Below, piece after piece: positions 52,540 through 64,000 of a stretch of DNA of 64,000 nt. The notes below the pieces were generated by a model. It saw nothing but the letters and a program-made list of their open reading frames with translations. It was not told the origin of the DNA and did not search any database. Position numbers and translations under genes: made by a program. Position 1 is the first letter of the stretch; each line of letters starts with the position of its first letter. The stretch comes from Eledone cirrhosa (taxonomy: Eukaryota), in NCBI GenBank assembly GCA_964016885.1, contig OZ024750.1:30442001-30506000 (forward strand), written 5' to 3'.

Positions 52540-52683
52540 AAATAAAGTTGGTCCTTCATCAGGACCAACTTTATTCATATGTAACCCATTTGCAACCACG
52601 CAGCACGTTTATTCTCATATATATATATATATAAAAGTATATATACGTACATACTAATATGTATACAGACGTACAGTAGTATG

Positions 52684-52711
<28 letters not shown>

Positions 52712-52719
<8 letters not shown>

Positions 52720-53108
52720 CAAAAGGAAAAGAAAATGCTGACAAATTGTTCCCAGTGAAAAATAGTTTAATTAGGAATAAGTAAAAATTAGTAATAGTAT
52801 TGGTTAGTATTCAGTTTTGCTTTTAAGTTTTACCGGTTGCGCATTTCTAATGCTTTTCAAAAATAATTTTGATAGAGCGCCCGTGATGTTTGCTCTAATC
52901 TGATTAGAGCAAACATCACGGGCGCTCTATCACAAAATTATTTTTGAAAAGCATTAGAAATGCGCAACCGGTAAAACTTAAAAGCAAAACTGAATACTAT
53001 TACTAATTTTAAAACCAATACTATTACTAATTTTTACTTATTCCTAATTAAACTATTTTTCCACTGGGAACAATTTGTCAGCATTTTCTTTTCCTTTTAC
53101 CAATATAT
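52712..53108. repeat. About 400 bp near-perfect palindrome (foldback element)
   Basis: Centre at 52901, inner 30 bp arms perfect, arms about 190 bp with small indels. Confidence 0.92.
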
Positions 53109-53138
53109 CATAACTCGTGTGTTACACCTCTATTCTTT

Positions 53139-53189
<51 letters not shown>

Positions 53190-53195
53190 TTACAT

Positions 53196-53284
<89 letters not shown>

Positions 53285-53286
<2 letters not shown>

Positions 53287-53503
53287 CATACATGCACACA
53301 TATATATATGTACGTATGGATTCACCGAACATTTATTATAATGCTCGGTGTGTTTGTAAACAAACATCCCGAATTAAGCCGCACAGTGTCTTGCAACCAT
53401 CGTTGCTCATTTGTTCAACACTGACAAAGGAACGCTGTATAATAGATTATAATAAATGTTCGGTGAATCCATACATACATATATATATGTGTGCATGTAT
53501 GTA
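53285..53503. mobile_element. TA-tract-embedded MITE-like element
   Basis: TIR GTATGGATTCACCGAACATTTATTATAAT / ATTATAATAAATGTTCGGTGAATCCATAC. Confidence 0.7.
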
Positions 53504-53509
53504 TGTATG

Positions 53510-53561
<52 letters not shown>

Positions 53562-54252
53562 AATACAACCTGTCTCATGGTCGGGTCGTTGGCGACTAAA
53601 CTGGCAACCCCACCAAGGTTTCTTGGTGAGGAGGGTGACTTTGGACATGCTGCAGGACTAAAAACAAAACCTGTCAAAGGGCAAAGGAGCTCTTAAGAGT
53701 CAATGGCCATCCGAAATCACCCGGAGAGATGACCCCTTAGCCTTTGTCAAGGCAGAATTCTAGGAGAAGGAAAACTCTGATATAACACCTGCAACCCTGA
53801 TGGTATCCAATGATGTTGACTTGTTATTCTTTTTGGTAAATATCATCTTGGTTAAGAGAGTGGGACTGGCTTTGTGCAGTGCCTTTGCTCACTATAAAAG
53901 CTTCACGGCACAGGCATTGCTTCATATCTGGAGATCTCGCTGCACTTGTCGTTACATGGTACCATGGGCCCAGCACTATGTGTCAATAATTGTCACAAGT
54001 GTAGTGTTTGTACCAGAGTTTTCAAGTCGCTGGCTGGACTAAAAAGTCACACTCGTTCAGCGCATCGGTAGGGGTTCTCCCACATGGATATAAAGTAGTG
54101 GCCGTACTCGAAAACGAGTTGGCAGCCACCATATATATATATACATACTACTGTACGTCTGTATACATATATGTATGTACGTATACATACTTATATTTAA
54201 GTAACAGCCGTACTAAGAGTGAGAAATGAAATTTCGTTTCATTTTTTCCGTT

Positions 54253-54311
<59 letters not shown>

Positions 54312-54312
<1 letters not shown>

Positions 54313-55670
54313 TAGCAGCTGAGCCCGGTTGCACCCGGGGCCACTTTTTATTAAGTTAATAATTTGAAAAATATTATTGAAAGCTTATTATAAAGAAGCA
54401 GTTTCATGAAAAAAAATAGAAATATGCACTTGGGGCTGGACGGCGGACAATGAGAAGTCGAGCGACGTGAAAAGCGTTGTTTATTAACAGCGAAATAGCA
54501 ATGTAGATGATATGCATTTTGAAAAATACTACTTACTGTTAGTGGTGGTTAACATGTATTAGAATTAAAATAAAAACATGCGTCCCTTCTTCGCGATTTC
54601 GCCAAGGGGGCGTTTTAGTGTCCTAAATTATCATCATTGACATTCAATTATTAGCTCCACCCACTACACGAAACGTCACGACACGTCATCAGCTGCTGCT
54701 GCTGCTTGATTTTTACATGCTTCATTTTCTTACATGCTTCATTTTTACACGAAAAAACATTGAATTTTTAGAATAAATATTTATTAAAATATTAACAGAG
54801 AAAATTAGATTTTTGATTTATTTTTTGAACAAAATAAATATTTATTTACAGTTTTTCACAGAAAAACTATGCTTCATTTTTACATGAATATTTATTTACA
54901 GTTTTTAAGTTTTTAACAGAAACACTATGTTTCATTTTTACATGAATATTTATTTACAGTTTTTAACAGAAAAAAAATTGCTGCGAAATACATTTTTTTT
55001 TAAACAGATTTACAGTTTTTAACAACAGAAAAAAAATTTCTTTAAACAATATATTGTTGCGATATACAGTTTAAAATATTTTCGAAACATTTACCTTCGT
55101 GACGTATCGTGTAGTGGGTGGAGCTAATAATTGAATGTCGATGATGATAATTTAGGACACTAAAACAAAGTATCGCCGAGGGTTTTATTTCTTTTGATGG
55201 AAAACAGTGACCGTACTGCAGAATCGATTTCATAAAACGGTACTGTATGATCGTTAAATGTAGAACAGCGAAATTGCAATGTCGATGATATGCAAGTTTA
55301 AAAATGCATATTCTGAAGGTTTACACTTTTTCCTGAAACTGCTTCTTTATAATAAACTTTCAATAATATTTTTCAAATCATTGGTACTGTATGTTAACAG
55401 CGAAAGAACGTTGATGAGTTTAAAAATGTGTATGAAATTGTAAATAAGACAAAAGTATTAGAACAGGGGGAAATAACTCACCGAACGCGATAGTTTGGGG
55501 GCCCCAGGGACCACATTTTTCAAGTTAGAGATTTGAAACCTCGTCTATTTGCTTCCTTGGCACTTTTTACATAGGTGTGTAAATTTTCATGTCAGTCCGA
55601 CCACGTCTACTACCATTTAACCGTGACATTTGAATTTCAACCACCGCCCATTTCACAAATATATATTAGA
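54312..55670 (-). mobile_element. Non-autonomous Helitron
   Basis: On the minus strand, an A|TCTAATATATA 5' end and a CCCGG-TGCAA-CCGGG-type hairpin before CTAG|T. CpG-rich. Confidence 0.75.
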
Positions 55671-55923
55671 TATATATACGATATTAACAAATGGAAACTA
55701 TATTTATAAAACCATATTTATTTCATTATACATATTGCAAGGACACCAAGTTAAATTATGGTGTGCTTTCATCAGATAAAATATAATATAGATCAGTTTT
55801 ATAAATAAATATTGACATACCCTTAAAGAATGCAACCATTACTATTTAATTTGTTGGAAGTCCAACAAATATAAATGTTTATAACTGATTTAGAGCACTC
55901 AACAATTTACTGGAGTAAATATT

Positions 55924-55957
<34 letters not shown>

Positions 55958-55959
<2 letters not shown>

Positions 55960-56975
55960 TCATCATCATCATCGTTTAACATCTATCTTCCACTCTAGCA
56001 TGGATGAGATGGGAATAGTCCCACTTGAGGCAAGATTGATCAGGTGACCTTGTCTCGCTCGTATAGAACTGTATCTAGCAGGTTTTCTATGGCTGGATGC
56101 ACTTCCTAACACCAACTACATTTACAGTGTGGACTGGGAGCCTTTTTACTGTGTTTCCTATTTGGCCACATTACAGCGTGGACTGGGTGCTTTTTTGTTG
56201 TGACACCTACACGACATCTTTAGTTTGGATTGGATGTTGTGGTACCAACATAACTTTATAGAGAAAGGATGGTGTTGGTGAGAGTGGGAGGATGGAGTAG
56301 GGGTAGTGGGTTGGGGTGTATATTTGGTAAGGAGGGGCCCACTGACTGTAGGTTAACTTTGTACACAAGGAAGGCGGGTCTTCTGTATTATTGCGTGATG
56401 CCAAAGATCTCGATTCAGTGACATTGTCTTAGAGAGGTGTAAGTGTGCAAAGTCGGATTTTATCATGTCGTCCCAGGTTTTTCTGGGTCTACCTACTCCG
56501 TAACTTCCATCAATTTTGATCGCCCTGCACTTTTTTTTATACAGCTGTCATCTTTCATGTGCATCACATGACCATACCAACGTAATCTTCTCTCAAGTAA
56601 ACAGCATCTGATCCCTCTTATTCCTAATTTCTCACTTAGTTCGTTTATGTTTTGTCGTTCGTGTATATTACTAATACACATCCAACAGAGCAGGCATGCT
56701 TTGTTCCTTTCCAATCTGCACAGGTCCTCTGCACACAATGCCCATGTCTCACTGCCATGTAACATTGCTGTTTGTATACAGGCATCATACAATCTGGCTT
56801 TCATTTTTAGAGAGAAAACTTTTGTGGCCAACAGTGGTATTAGCTCTCTGAACTTTTTCCATCCTGTTCTAATTCTGGCTACTGTATTTTCAGGGCAGCC
56901 TCCTCCACTACTGATTTTGTCACCCAGGTAACGGAAAGTGTCTACTATTTCTATAGAACCATCTGGGCAGTTGAA
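55958..56975 (-). mobile_element. RTE LINE 3' part with UTR and (GAT)n tail, same family as 899-1570
   Basis: KARLYDACIQTAMLHGSETW...[18 protein letters not shown]. Confidence 0.85.
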
Positions 56976-57936
56976 GGAGCATGCGTCAAAGCATGGCGTC
57001 CGACCCTCTACCGATACTGCCTTGGAGGACTATGTGACTGTGTCAGGGATATTTTTTCTGAACATGTTATTAAAATAAGTTGGATTACTTTGAATAAATC
57101 ATGAATAAATATTATGTAATTTATCTACTAAATTTCGTAGCTGTTGATTAAACATAAATATGTAGCAAAATTTCTCCACACCTTGAACCCTGGGTGACAT
57201 TTAATGGTCATATTTTGGGTTGTCTCCTTTCGGGCGTCAACAAGTCTAAGAGTGGACGATCTCTAGAGGTTACTCCTTCGTTCTAAAGGCTTGGGGAGAG
57301 AGGAAGTGACAGAGATAAATAGCCTGTCTTAGATCAAGCAGGGAGCAGTTTGAAGCAGTTCTTGATAGCGTAAGCATGTAAAACATATGCTTTCTACAGA
57401 CCTCTTGGGGTCTTACAGACTCTTACTTTCTCTCTTTCACTCCATCTCTATCTCTTGGTCTCTCTCTTAACCAAGCCAGTGAAGTTAGTGAAGTTTTCTT
57501 GGTAAATACAACTTAATTCTGCTTTTACATACAAACAAATAACGTACATAATTCTTGTGTATTTTTCGTATAGCTCTGGCGTGAGCTAATTTCAATAAAT
57601 AATATAGTGGTTTGGTGTCATCATGGTTCATTTATATATATTCATTTTCTCTGTGATCAAGTAACTATCATATAATTATCATCTTATTGAACACTTAGTC
57701 ACTTACCTGCACACATGCAGCCTCTGGTCACACTGTATCACACAACAGTGACCACACGACACAGGAAGCTACAACTGAGCATGTATGCAACTAACCAACA
57801 CGACCATTCAAAAACCCTTGCTATAAATATATAATATATTGCTTATTTTAAGATTCACTTCTTTCCGGTTAGTGTCAGTTATATCATAACACACATAGCT
57901 GTACGCTATATCACATCACTTATATATTTGCATTCC

Positions 57937-58078
57937 AGCATAGTTACGTCCCTTTACGATCTGAGTTCAAATCCCGCCGAGGTTGACTTTGCCTTTCATC
58001 CTTACGGGGTCGATAAAATAAAGTACCAGTAATGCACTTGGCAATTGCTGGCCTTGTGCCTAAAGTAGAAACAATTAT
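57937..58078 (+). mobile_element. Nin-domain SINE, 5'-truncated
   Basis: B box, Nin block and tail are all present. Confidence 0.85.
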
Positions 58079-58356
58079 ATAACGTTTATATTTCCGTCAC
58101 TAATTGTCTCCTTTTTTGTCTTCATAACATTTCACCATAATGCAGATTATATATAATATCGTTTTTAAATATGGATTACTTTACTGATTACAGAAGAGAG
58201 TGTAACACAGTCTCTCTTAAATTTCTGTGCATATTGTCAATTAGGATTTTATTTATCATATCTACATGCATGTATATTTGTGTAGAATATCAATATGCAC
58301 ACTACACATACTAGTGGAAAACCGCTCGAAGGGTGGTTTTTCAGCTAGTATAATAA

Positions 58357-58498
58357 ATAATTGTTTCTACTTTAGGCACAAGGCCAGCAATTATCCAGTG
58401 CATTACTGGTACTTTATTTTATCGACCCCGTAAGGATGAAAGGCAAAGTCAACCTCGGCGGGATTTGAACTCAGATCGTAAAGGGACGTAACTATGCT
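58357..58498 (-). mobile_element. Nin-domain SINE, 5'-truncated, with TSD
   Basis: Flanked by the direct repeat GCTAGTATAATAAATAAT. Confidence 0.85.
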
Positions 58499-58689
58499 AG
58501 TATAATAAATAATAAATTTCAAAAAGCTAGTAGAATGCAGTAGAAATATATAAATAATACACAACAATATATAAATATATAAATATATAAATAATGTAAT
58601 GATTTATTTGTCATCCTTTGCCCTTTATATATCCCTACAGCATTGTACTGGCTTTTTGAAACTTATCATTTATTATATATCTCACAATG

Positions 58690-59420
58690 CTTTGTATTAA
58701 CTATACAAATATATATACTTGTTATCTAGCTTTTCTTTGAGCTACTTGATTCTGATCCTTGCTGCCCTAATTTTTCCAGTCTTTCCACACACCTCCTTTG
58801 GCTTTAAAAACTCAATCCACAGTGCTGTTCCTCCACCAGGCCAATCTCAGTCTGGATGGTATTTTGCTCCAGCCACAAGTCTCATCAGTAACCTGCAGTA
58901 GGCTGTTTCATAGAAACTTCAAGATGTCCTCTGTCATTAATATCTAACTCCTCCATCTTGTCATATGTAGAGTTTTTCTGAACCTATATTTAACAGAAAG
59001 GTCCTTTAGCTTCCATTATCTCCTCCTCCATATTTTACTGTTTCTTGTTCCATCTTGTACTTATTCTGGTATCACTAATATCTAACTTATGTTGTATGGT
59101 GTATTCATCTCTGGAGAAGGACTTAGTATTCATAACCAACTGCTTATCACATTTTCTTACAAATAAAAAGTCAATCTAGCCTATGTGTTCACCTGATTGG
59201 TAGGTAATCAAGTAGCTGGTTAGTTTCTTGAATTTAGTGTTGTAAATAGTTAGTTCATTTACATCACAGAATTCTAGGAGTCTTGCTCCTTCTTGGTTTG
59301 TCACACTATATACACAATGTACTCAAGTGTAGTTTTCCTGGAGCTGCCCAACATGTTCATTGAAGACAACAGCTAAGATGATGAGGTCTCTGTTATGTGT
59401 AACTGAAGTTGTCTGTAGGA
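58690..59420 (-). mobile_element. Highly degenerate RTE-like LINE (AP endonuclease and linker region)
   Basis: Fragmentary frames such as KFKKLTSYLITYQSGEHI...IDFLFV and a WNSTVD-like motif. Confidence 0.5.
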
Positions 59421-60369
59421 GTTCTGTGTGTAATCTTGCTGGAGCACCTCTTTAGTACTATCATGATTTCCCTGTATCTATCTTTCAGTGTTCCTACATT
59501 TAAAGTAGCAGCTCTGAAATGTTTTACCCGATAGTGGTAGTTGGGTTGTCTTTTGGCAGTAGATTTGTGTGTCTAAAATAGAAGGTGGTTGTGCAATCGA
59601 TTGATGATAATTGTGAGTTCTCCAAAATGGTCCAGTTAGTGTTGTGCTCAGTAGTAGGGTGACTAACAGGACTAGTGTTAGTCCTGTAAACACTACTTGT
59701 TTGAATTTTATAGGCTGTGTTTACCATAGTTTTCGGTGACATTTCACTGGCCAGATACCCTTCCTAACACCAACCACACCACAACATGGACTGGGTGTAT
59801 TTCCTCATGCTACTGGCACTAGAGAGCATCTTTAACTGAACAGAAGAGTCCTCTCTATCCTGTGCAGCCATATTTATTTGGAGTAACTGTTCTCTTAGAT
59901 GGGTTGCCTTCACTAATACTTGCAGAGCCCACATCTAGCCATGCAACCTTATTTATTGAGAGTGACTGCTCTCCTAGATGGGTCAACTTCTCTGTGGCTT
60001 ACTGACCACATATTTTAATATTGCTGTGACACCTGGAATTGTTTACAGTCATAACTGCTATATTAGCAGGAATTGTTACATTAATAACTGCTGTAGATCT
60101 TGAAAAGGCACATGGCTGTATTCCACGGACCTGCTATGGAAGGTTCTTCTGTAGGAGTATGGGATCGATGGTCAGCTTCTTGTTGCTCTGATGTCTCTAT
60201 ATGTATGCCTGAGTATTTATGTTTGGATAATTGGTGCTAAATCAAAACCATTCAATGTGGGAGTCGGACACCACCAAGGGTGCATACTGTCATCTCTCCT
60301 GTTTGTTATTTACATGAACAGATTGACATGCACAGCCGGATTGGAAGAAGGCCAGGCTACACTGGATGG

Positions 60370-60912
60370 CATCCCAAGTGCGTTGGGGGGGACTTGACAT
60401 CAACAGGGGGAGAAGGAGGAGGGACGTCTACTGGGCTAAGTCCCAGCCGGTCCCATGTCTCACAGGCGGCCTCACGTTCTCTGAACACAGAGGGTTCTGT
60501 TGTGTTTTGAAGAACCCTGCTGACGAGGACGCGGCACGAGGTTACCGACGAAAGATACGCTGGCAAAGCTATTGAGATCGGGGTCTGGAGGCCAAGGCCA
60601 CCATACCTGACAGGTAAAGTGGCCTGTTGCCACCCTTTGTCGTCAAACTTGACGTTGCATATCTCCTTGGCTGCTGCTCGGATACAAGTATCGAGGTCAG
60701 CGAGGAGAGATGTCTGGGTGTAGCACGGAGCGCTGTGGAGTGTATAGAGGAGCTTCGGCATGGCAAAGCAGTTCCTCAGCAGAAAGAGAGCTGGGTGGCC
60801 GTCAATCAAGCTGAGTCAGCTCGTGAGAGTCTGGAGCTGTTGAAGCCTGGACCTGATGGTGGAGCGGATGGCCGGCGGATGGATCAGTGACCCGAGGATG
60901 AGGACATCCTAG
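60370..60912 (-). mobile_element. CRE-clade non-LTR retrotransposon fragment (RT thumb region)
   Basis: ALFLLRNCFAMPKLLYTL...WQQATLPVRYGGLGL...ALPAYLSS, in a GC-rich island. Confidence 0.7.
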
Positions 60913-61246
60913 ATTTCATCAGAGTTGACAAGATCAATACATAAAAGAAAAATATGAAGACAAGATTTTATGATAGCTTGATATAGTTTATTTTCAGTTA
61001 TTATTATTATTTGATTTAATTTTCAATATAGTTTTTGAAATATTTCAAAGCAGACAATTCTGAACAAATTGCTACTCATATTTCAATTCTTAAAAATATT
61101 TTTTACCCCTTTACTTAGATTTATAACCCAACATTATTATTTCACAGAAAGATCATCTGACAATGTAGAAATCCATTAGCTCCTTTGAAAATGTTAAGCA
61201 AACTTTTTTAGCTGTAAATATTTGGATATTACATAACTATGAAATT

Positions 61247-61551
61247 TTAAGCACATTTAGAACATTCACAACTGCAAACCTCTGGATAATACATCGTTGT
61301 TTCAGTTTGCTCGGGGCCACAAATAACTGTTACTTCTCTGAGTTTTATTGCTTTAGCTTGACAACATTCACAATTATTTGAAAACATATCTTCAGTGATT
61401 GTGTCTGGTTTCAAACTCAACAAGACTGCACGAGATGAACTTTCACTACAATGGCCAGAACAATATGAAATCTGAACCTTTTCAACTGAAATACATTGAC
61501 TGGTTTCATTTTTAAGGAATTCAAAAGTAGATTTCTTCTGGCATTTGTTTT
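61247..61551 (-). CDS. Terminal exon, C-terminal cystine knot (CTCK)
   Basis: cctttcag acceptor. Cys pattern C...C...CSGHC...CECC...C...CxC..C-stop. AATAAA on the minus strand at about 60987-60992. Confidence 0.9.
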
Positions 61552-63750
61552 CTGAAAGGAGAAAGAAATAATAAATTTCAGTGCATAAAACACACACACA
61601 TACAAACATGCACATACACATATACACACTGTCTTGCACACACACAGACATACACACATGTACATACAGACATGCACACACACACAGACATGTGCACACA
61701 CTCATACACATGCACACACAGACATGCGCACACACACCCAAATACAAATATGCACAGTCATAGAGACACACACACACAGGCCCATACACACATAGACACA
61801 GACACATGCATACAAACACACAAAACACGACAAAACCCTCACAATCACCACCACTACCATCAACATCTTACATACATTCCTGCATTGCATTAATTGCTCA
61901 GATGAACTTGGGGCCTGCAACTCACTTGCCTAAATTCTCATGTATTACAGGTGTATTTTATCATGGCACCAACCCTAGGGCAGTTGATATAACCTCCATA
62001 CTGCTGAAAGGTCCTACTGACCCTTTTTTGGGGCAGTTTTCCTGCAGCTGGATTCTCTTCTTATCACCAAAGTCCTTACACAGTGTACTGGCTATATATA
62101 TCATGTAGATCACCAAAACTAAATTCATCCAACATGTTCTGCGTATTTCTTAAATTTTTGACAAAATTAAATCAATGTAAATGAGAAATTAAATGAATTG
62201 ATAATGGAGGGGTAAAAATCTTTACCTGATTTCGATTTGCAGATTGGACAGCAAGGATTTATTTCTGGATAAAATAATTCTTCATCCTGATGTTAAATAA
62301 AATAAAAGAATCATTTCTATAATATTGTTGCTTTGGTTTTGAAACTAATAATTATTAATTTATTATTATTATTATTGGTGGATTGGCAGTATTGGTAGAG
62401 CGTCGGACAACGTTTTGTGGCATAGAGTTACAGCCCTTTATGATCAGAGTTCAAATCCCGCCAAGGTTAGCTTTGCCTTTCATCCTTCTTTCATCCTTAG
62501 CGGGGTTGATAAAATAGAGCCCTGGGGTCGATTTAATCGACTTTCCCCTTCCCTTCAAATTGCTGGCCTTGGTCAAATTGCTGACCAAGGTCAGAGAAAC
62601 TTGCAGCACACATTGATAAACCACAAAAATAAACACACCAGATTGTTTGTGTCATGGAATTTATACAGTTACAAGTATATTATTTACTTTATACATGTGT
62701 CATTGTCTGTTTAAAATTATATTTACAACAGAAGGATAATCAATCATATAAGAGTACTCAATTATTTACAACTTATGTAATTCATTTCATTTTCATTTTA
62801 CGTCCGCTTTTTCCCTGCTTGCAAGGGTGGGACGGGAACTGATTCTGGCTTGATTTCTACAGCTGGATGCCTTTCCTAACACCAACCTCATTTACAGTGA
62901 GTGCTGGGTGCTTTTTTTCCGTGGCACCTCCACGACCACTTTGCAGTGGAATGATAGGGACCCCAGTCCTTATCATCTCATTTCTACAGCTGAGTAAACT
63001 GGAGCAATGTGAAATAAAGTGTCTTGCTCAAGGAAACAACACATCACCCGGTCTGAGAATTGAACTCACAACCTTTCGATTGCAAGGCCAATGCTCTAAC
63101 CACTAAGCCATGTGCCTCCATGGAACATAATCTAATAAAATTTTGTAAAAAGAATTACATAGATGGTTATAATTCCCACAGTGATAGTGCTCATCTTAAT
63201 ACATGTACTGTACCAGTTAAAACAATTTTTTACACTTCTTGTAGTGATGGTAAGCCATGAATCATTTTCAAATAATTATCTGTTCTTTTTTTTTTATCAT
63301 TCCTAGTGCTCCTAAAATCATTGGTATTGTAGCCTTCTTCAGATGCCACATTTTTTCAATTCCAATGAACATATTAAAGTGAAACCTGATTAACATTCAC
63401 CTTCAAAGTGAAAATATTTTAGTTACTTATTCACGTAGAATTTTGAAGTTGGAGATGGCAAAATATTGACCTTGAATATATGATGCCCCTCCCCTCCATT
63501 TTACCATTATAGTTTTGGTCACATATTTCTCGGCTTAAATACAAGTATATATGGTAAGTACAGAAAATAAGACAGAATAATGAAATAAATAAAACATTTT
63601 AAATTTATTACATATTAGACATTTAATTACAAAGATAATACTTACTCTACTACAAACTGGAATTTCACAAATTCTTTGACATTCAACATCACCTCCAATA
63701 CATTCACATATTGAACAGTTATCAGCAGGATCGGTCCATGTTTCTTTATC
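61247..63750 (-). CDS. 3' end of a secreted VWC + C-terminal cystine-knot protein (mucin/vWF/hemolectin-like). The gene continues beyond the window.
   Basis: Exons 63646-63750, 62226-62286 and 61247-61551 splice in frame into a VWC repeat followed by a CTCK domain. Confidence 0.88.
61585..61830. repeat. Compound (CA)n microsatellite in the last intron
   Basis: Seen directly. It explains the N-terminal half of ORF 61247-61828. Confidence 0.9.
62226..62286 (-). CDS. VWC-domain end exon
   Basis: catcag and gtaaag boundaries. DEELFYPEINPCCPICKSKS carries the CCPxC motif, and its phase 1 matches the next exon. Confidence 0.88.
62378..62572 (+). mobile_element. Nin-domain SINE
   Basis: TGGCAGTATTGGTAGAGC head, GAGTTCAAATCCC B box, and GCCTTTCATCCTT. 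Confidence 0.78.
62781..63120 (-). mobile_element. tRNA-derived CORE-type SINE, full length
   Basis: Near-identical to 9418-9754. Confidence 0.9.
63646..63750 (-). CDS. VWC-domain exon
   Basis: ttttag and gtaagt boundaries. DKETWTDPADNCSICECIGGDVECQRICEIPVCSR matches the W..D.C..C.C..G.V.C VWC pattern. Confidence 0.9.
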
Positions 63751-64000
63751 CTAAAATTAATATTTCAATTAGAAAGTTGGCAGAAAAAAAAAGGAAAATT
63801 TTAATTAGAGAACTGCTAAAACAAAGGAAATTTTCTAGATTTGTAATGAGAGATTAATCTTTATACGTATTAATGGTTGTCACCCCTGTTTATATATTGC
63901 ATTAAGATGTTGCAGAACCTTTCTAAGAACAGAGCTTCCATTATAGTTTGGGGATTGGGGGTGGTGGTGGTGGTCTTAAGTATATATACTAAGATGAAAA

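Noticed and set aside
57115-57644. Solo LTR
   Set aside because: TATA-like and AATAAA motifs are present, but I could not find matching TG..CA termini with a TSD.

Overview
AT-rich, repeat-dense animal genomic DNA, not prokaryotic. The SINE families, RTE tails and microsatellite load suggest an octopus or other coleoid cephalopod (inference). It holds one complete protein-coding gene on the minus strand: the mitochondrial-processing peptidase alpha subunit (PMPCA-like), 12 GT-AG coding exons from 50487 to 26893, with a hand-spliced CDS of 1572 nt (523 aa). It also holds the last three exons of a minus-strand secreted VWC plus C-terminal cystine-knot (mucin/vWF/hemolectin-like) gene at 61247-63750. 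The rest is tRNA-derived SINEs (CORE-type and Nin-type), RTE, RTE-X, R4/Dong and CRE LINE fragments, TTAA piggyBac-like, hAT-like and Tc2-like MITEs, two non-autonomous Helitrons, and many mini- and microsatellites. Most long ORFs in the supplied track are simple-repeat artefacts. I see no clearly new multi-gene system. The best leads are inverted SINE pairs bracketing PMPCA exons (dsRNA, editing or circRNA), a nested foldback cluster and a tandem SINE array upstream of PMPCA, minisatellites born from TE segments, decayed hammerhead-like motifs, a duplicated PMPCA splice donor, and a possible spliced non-coding transcript near 5.7-7 kb. Coordinates were counted by hand and repeat boundaries are approximate.
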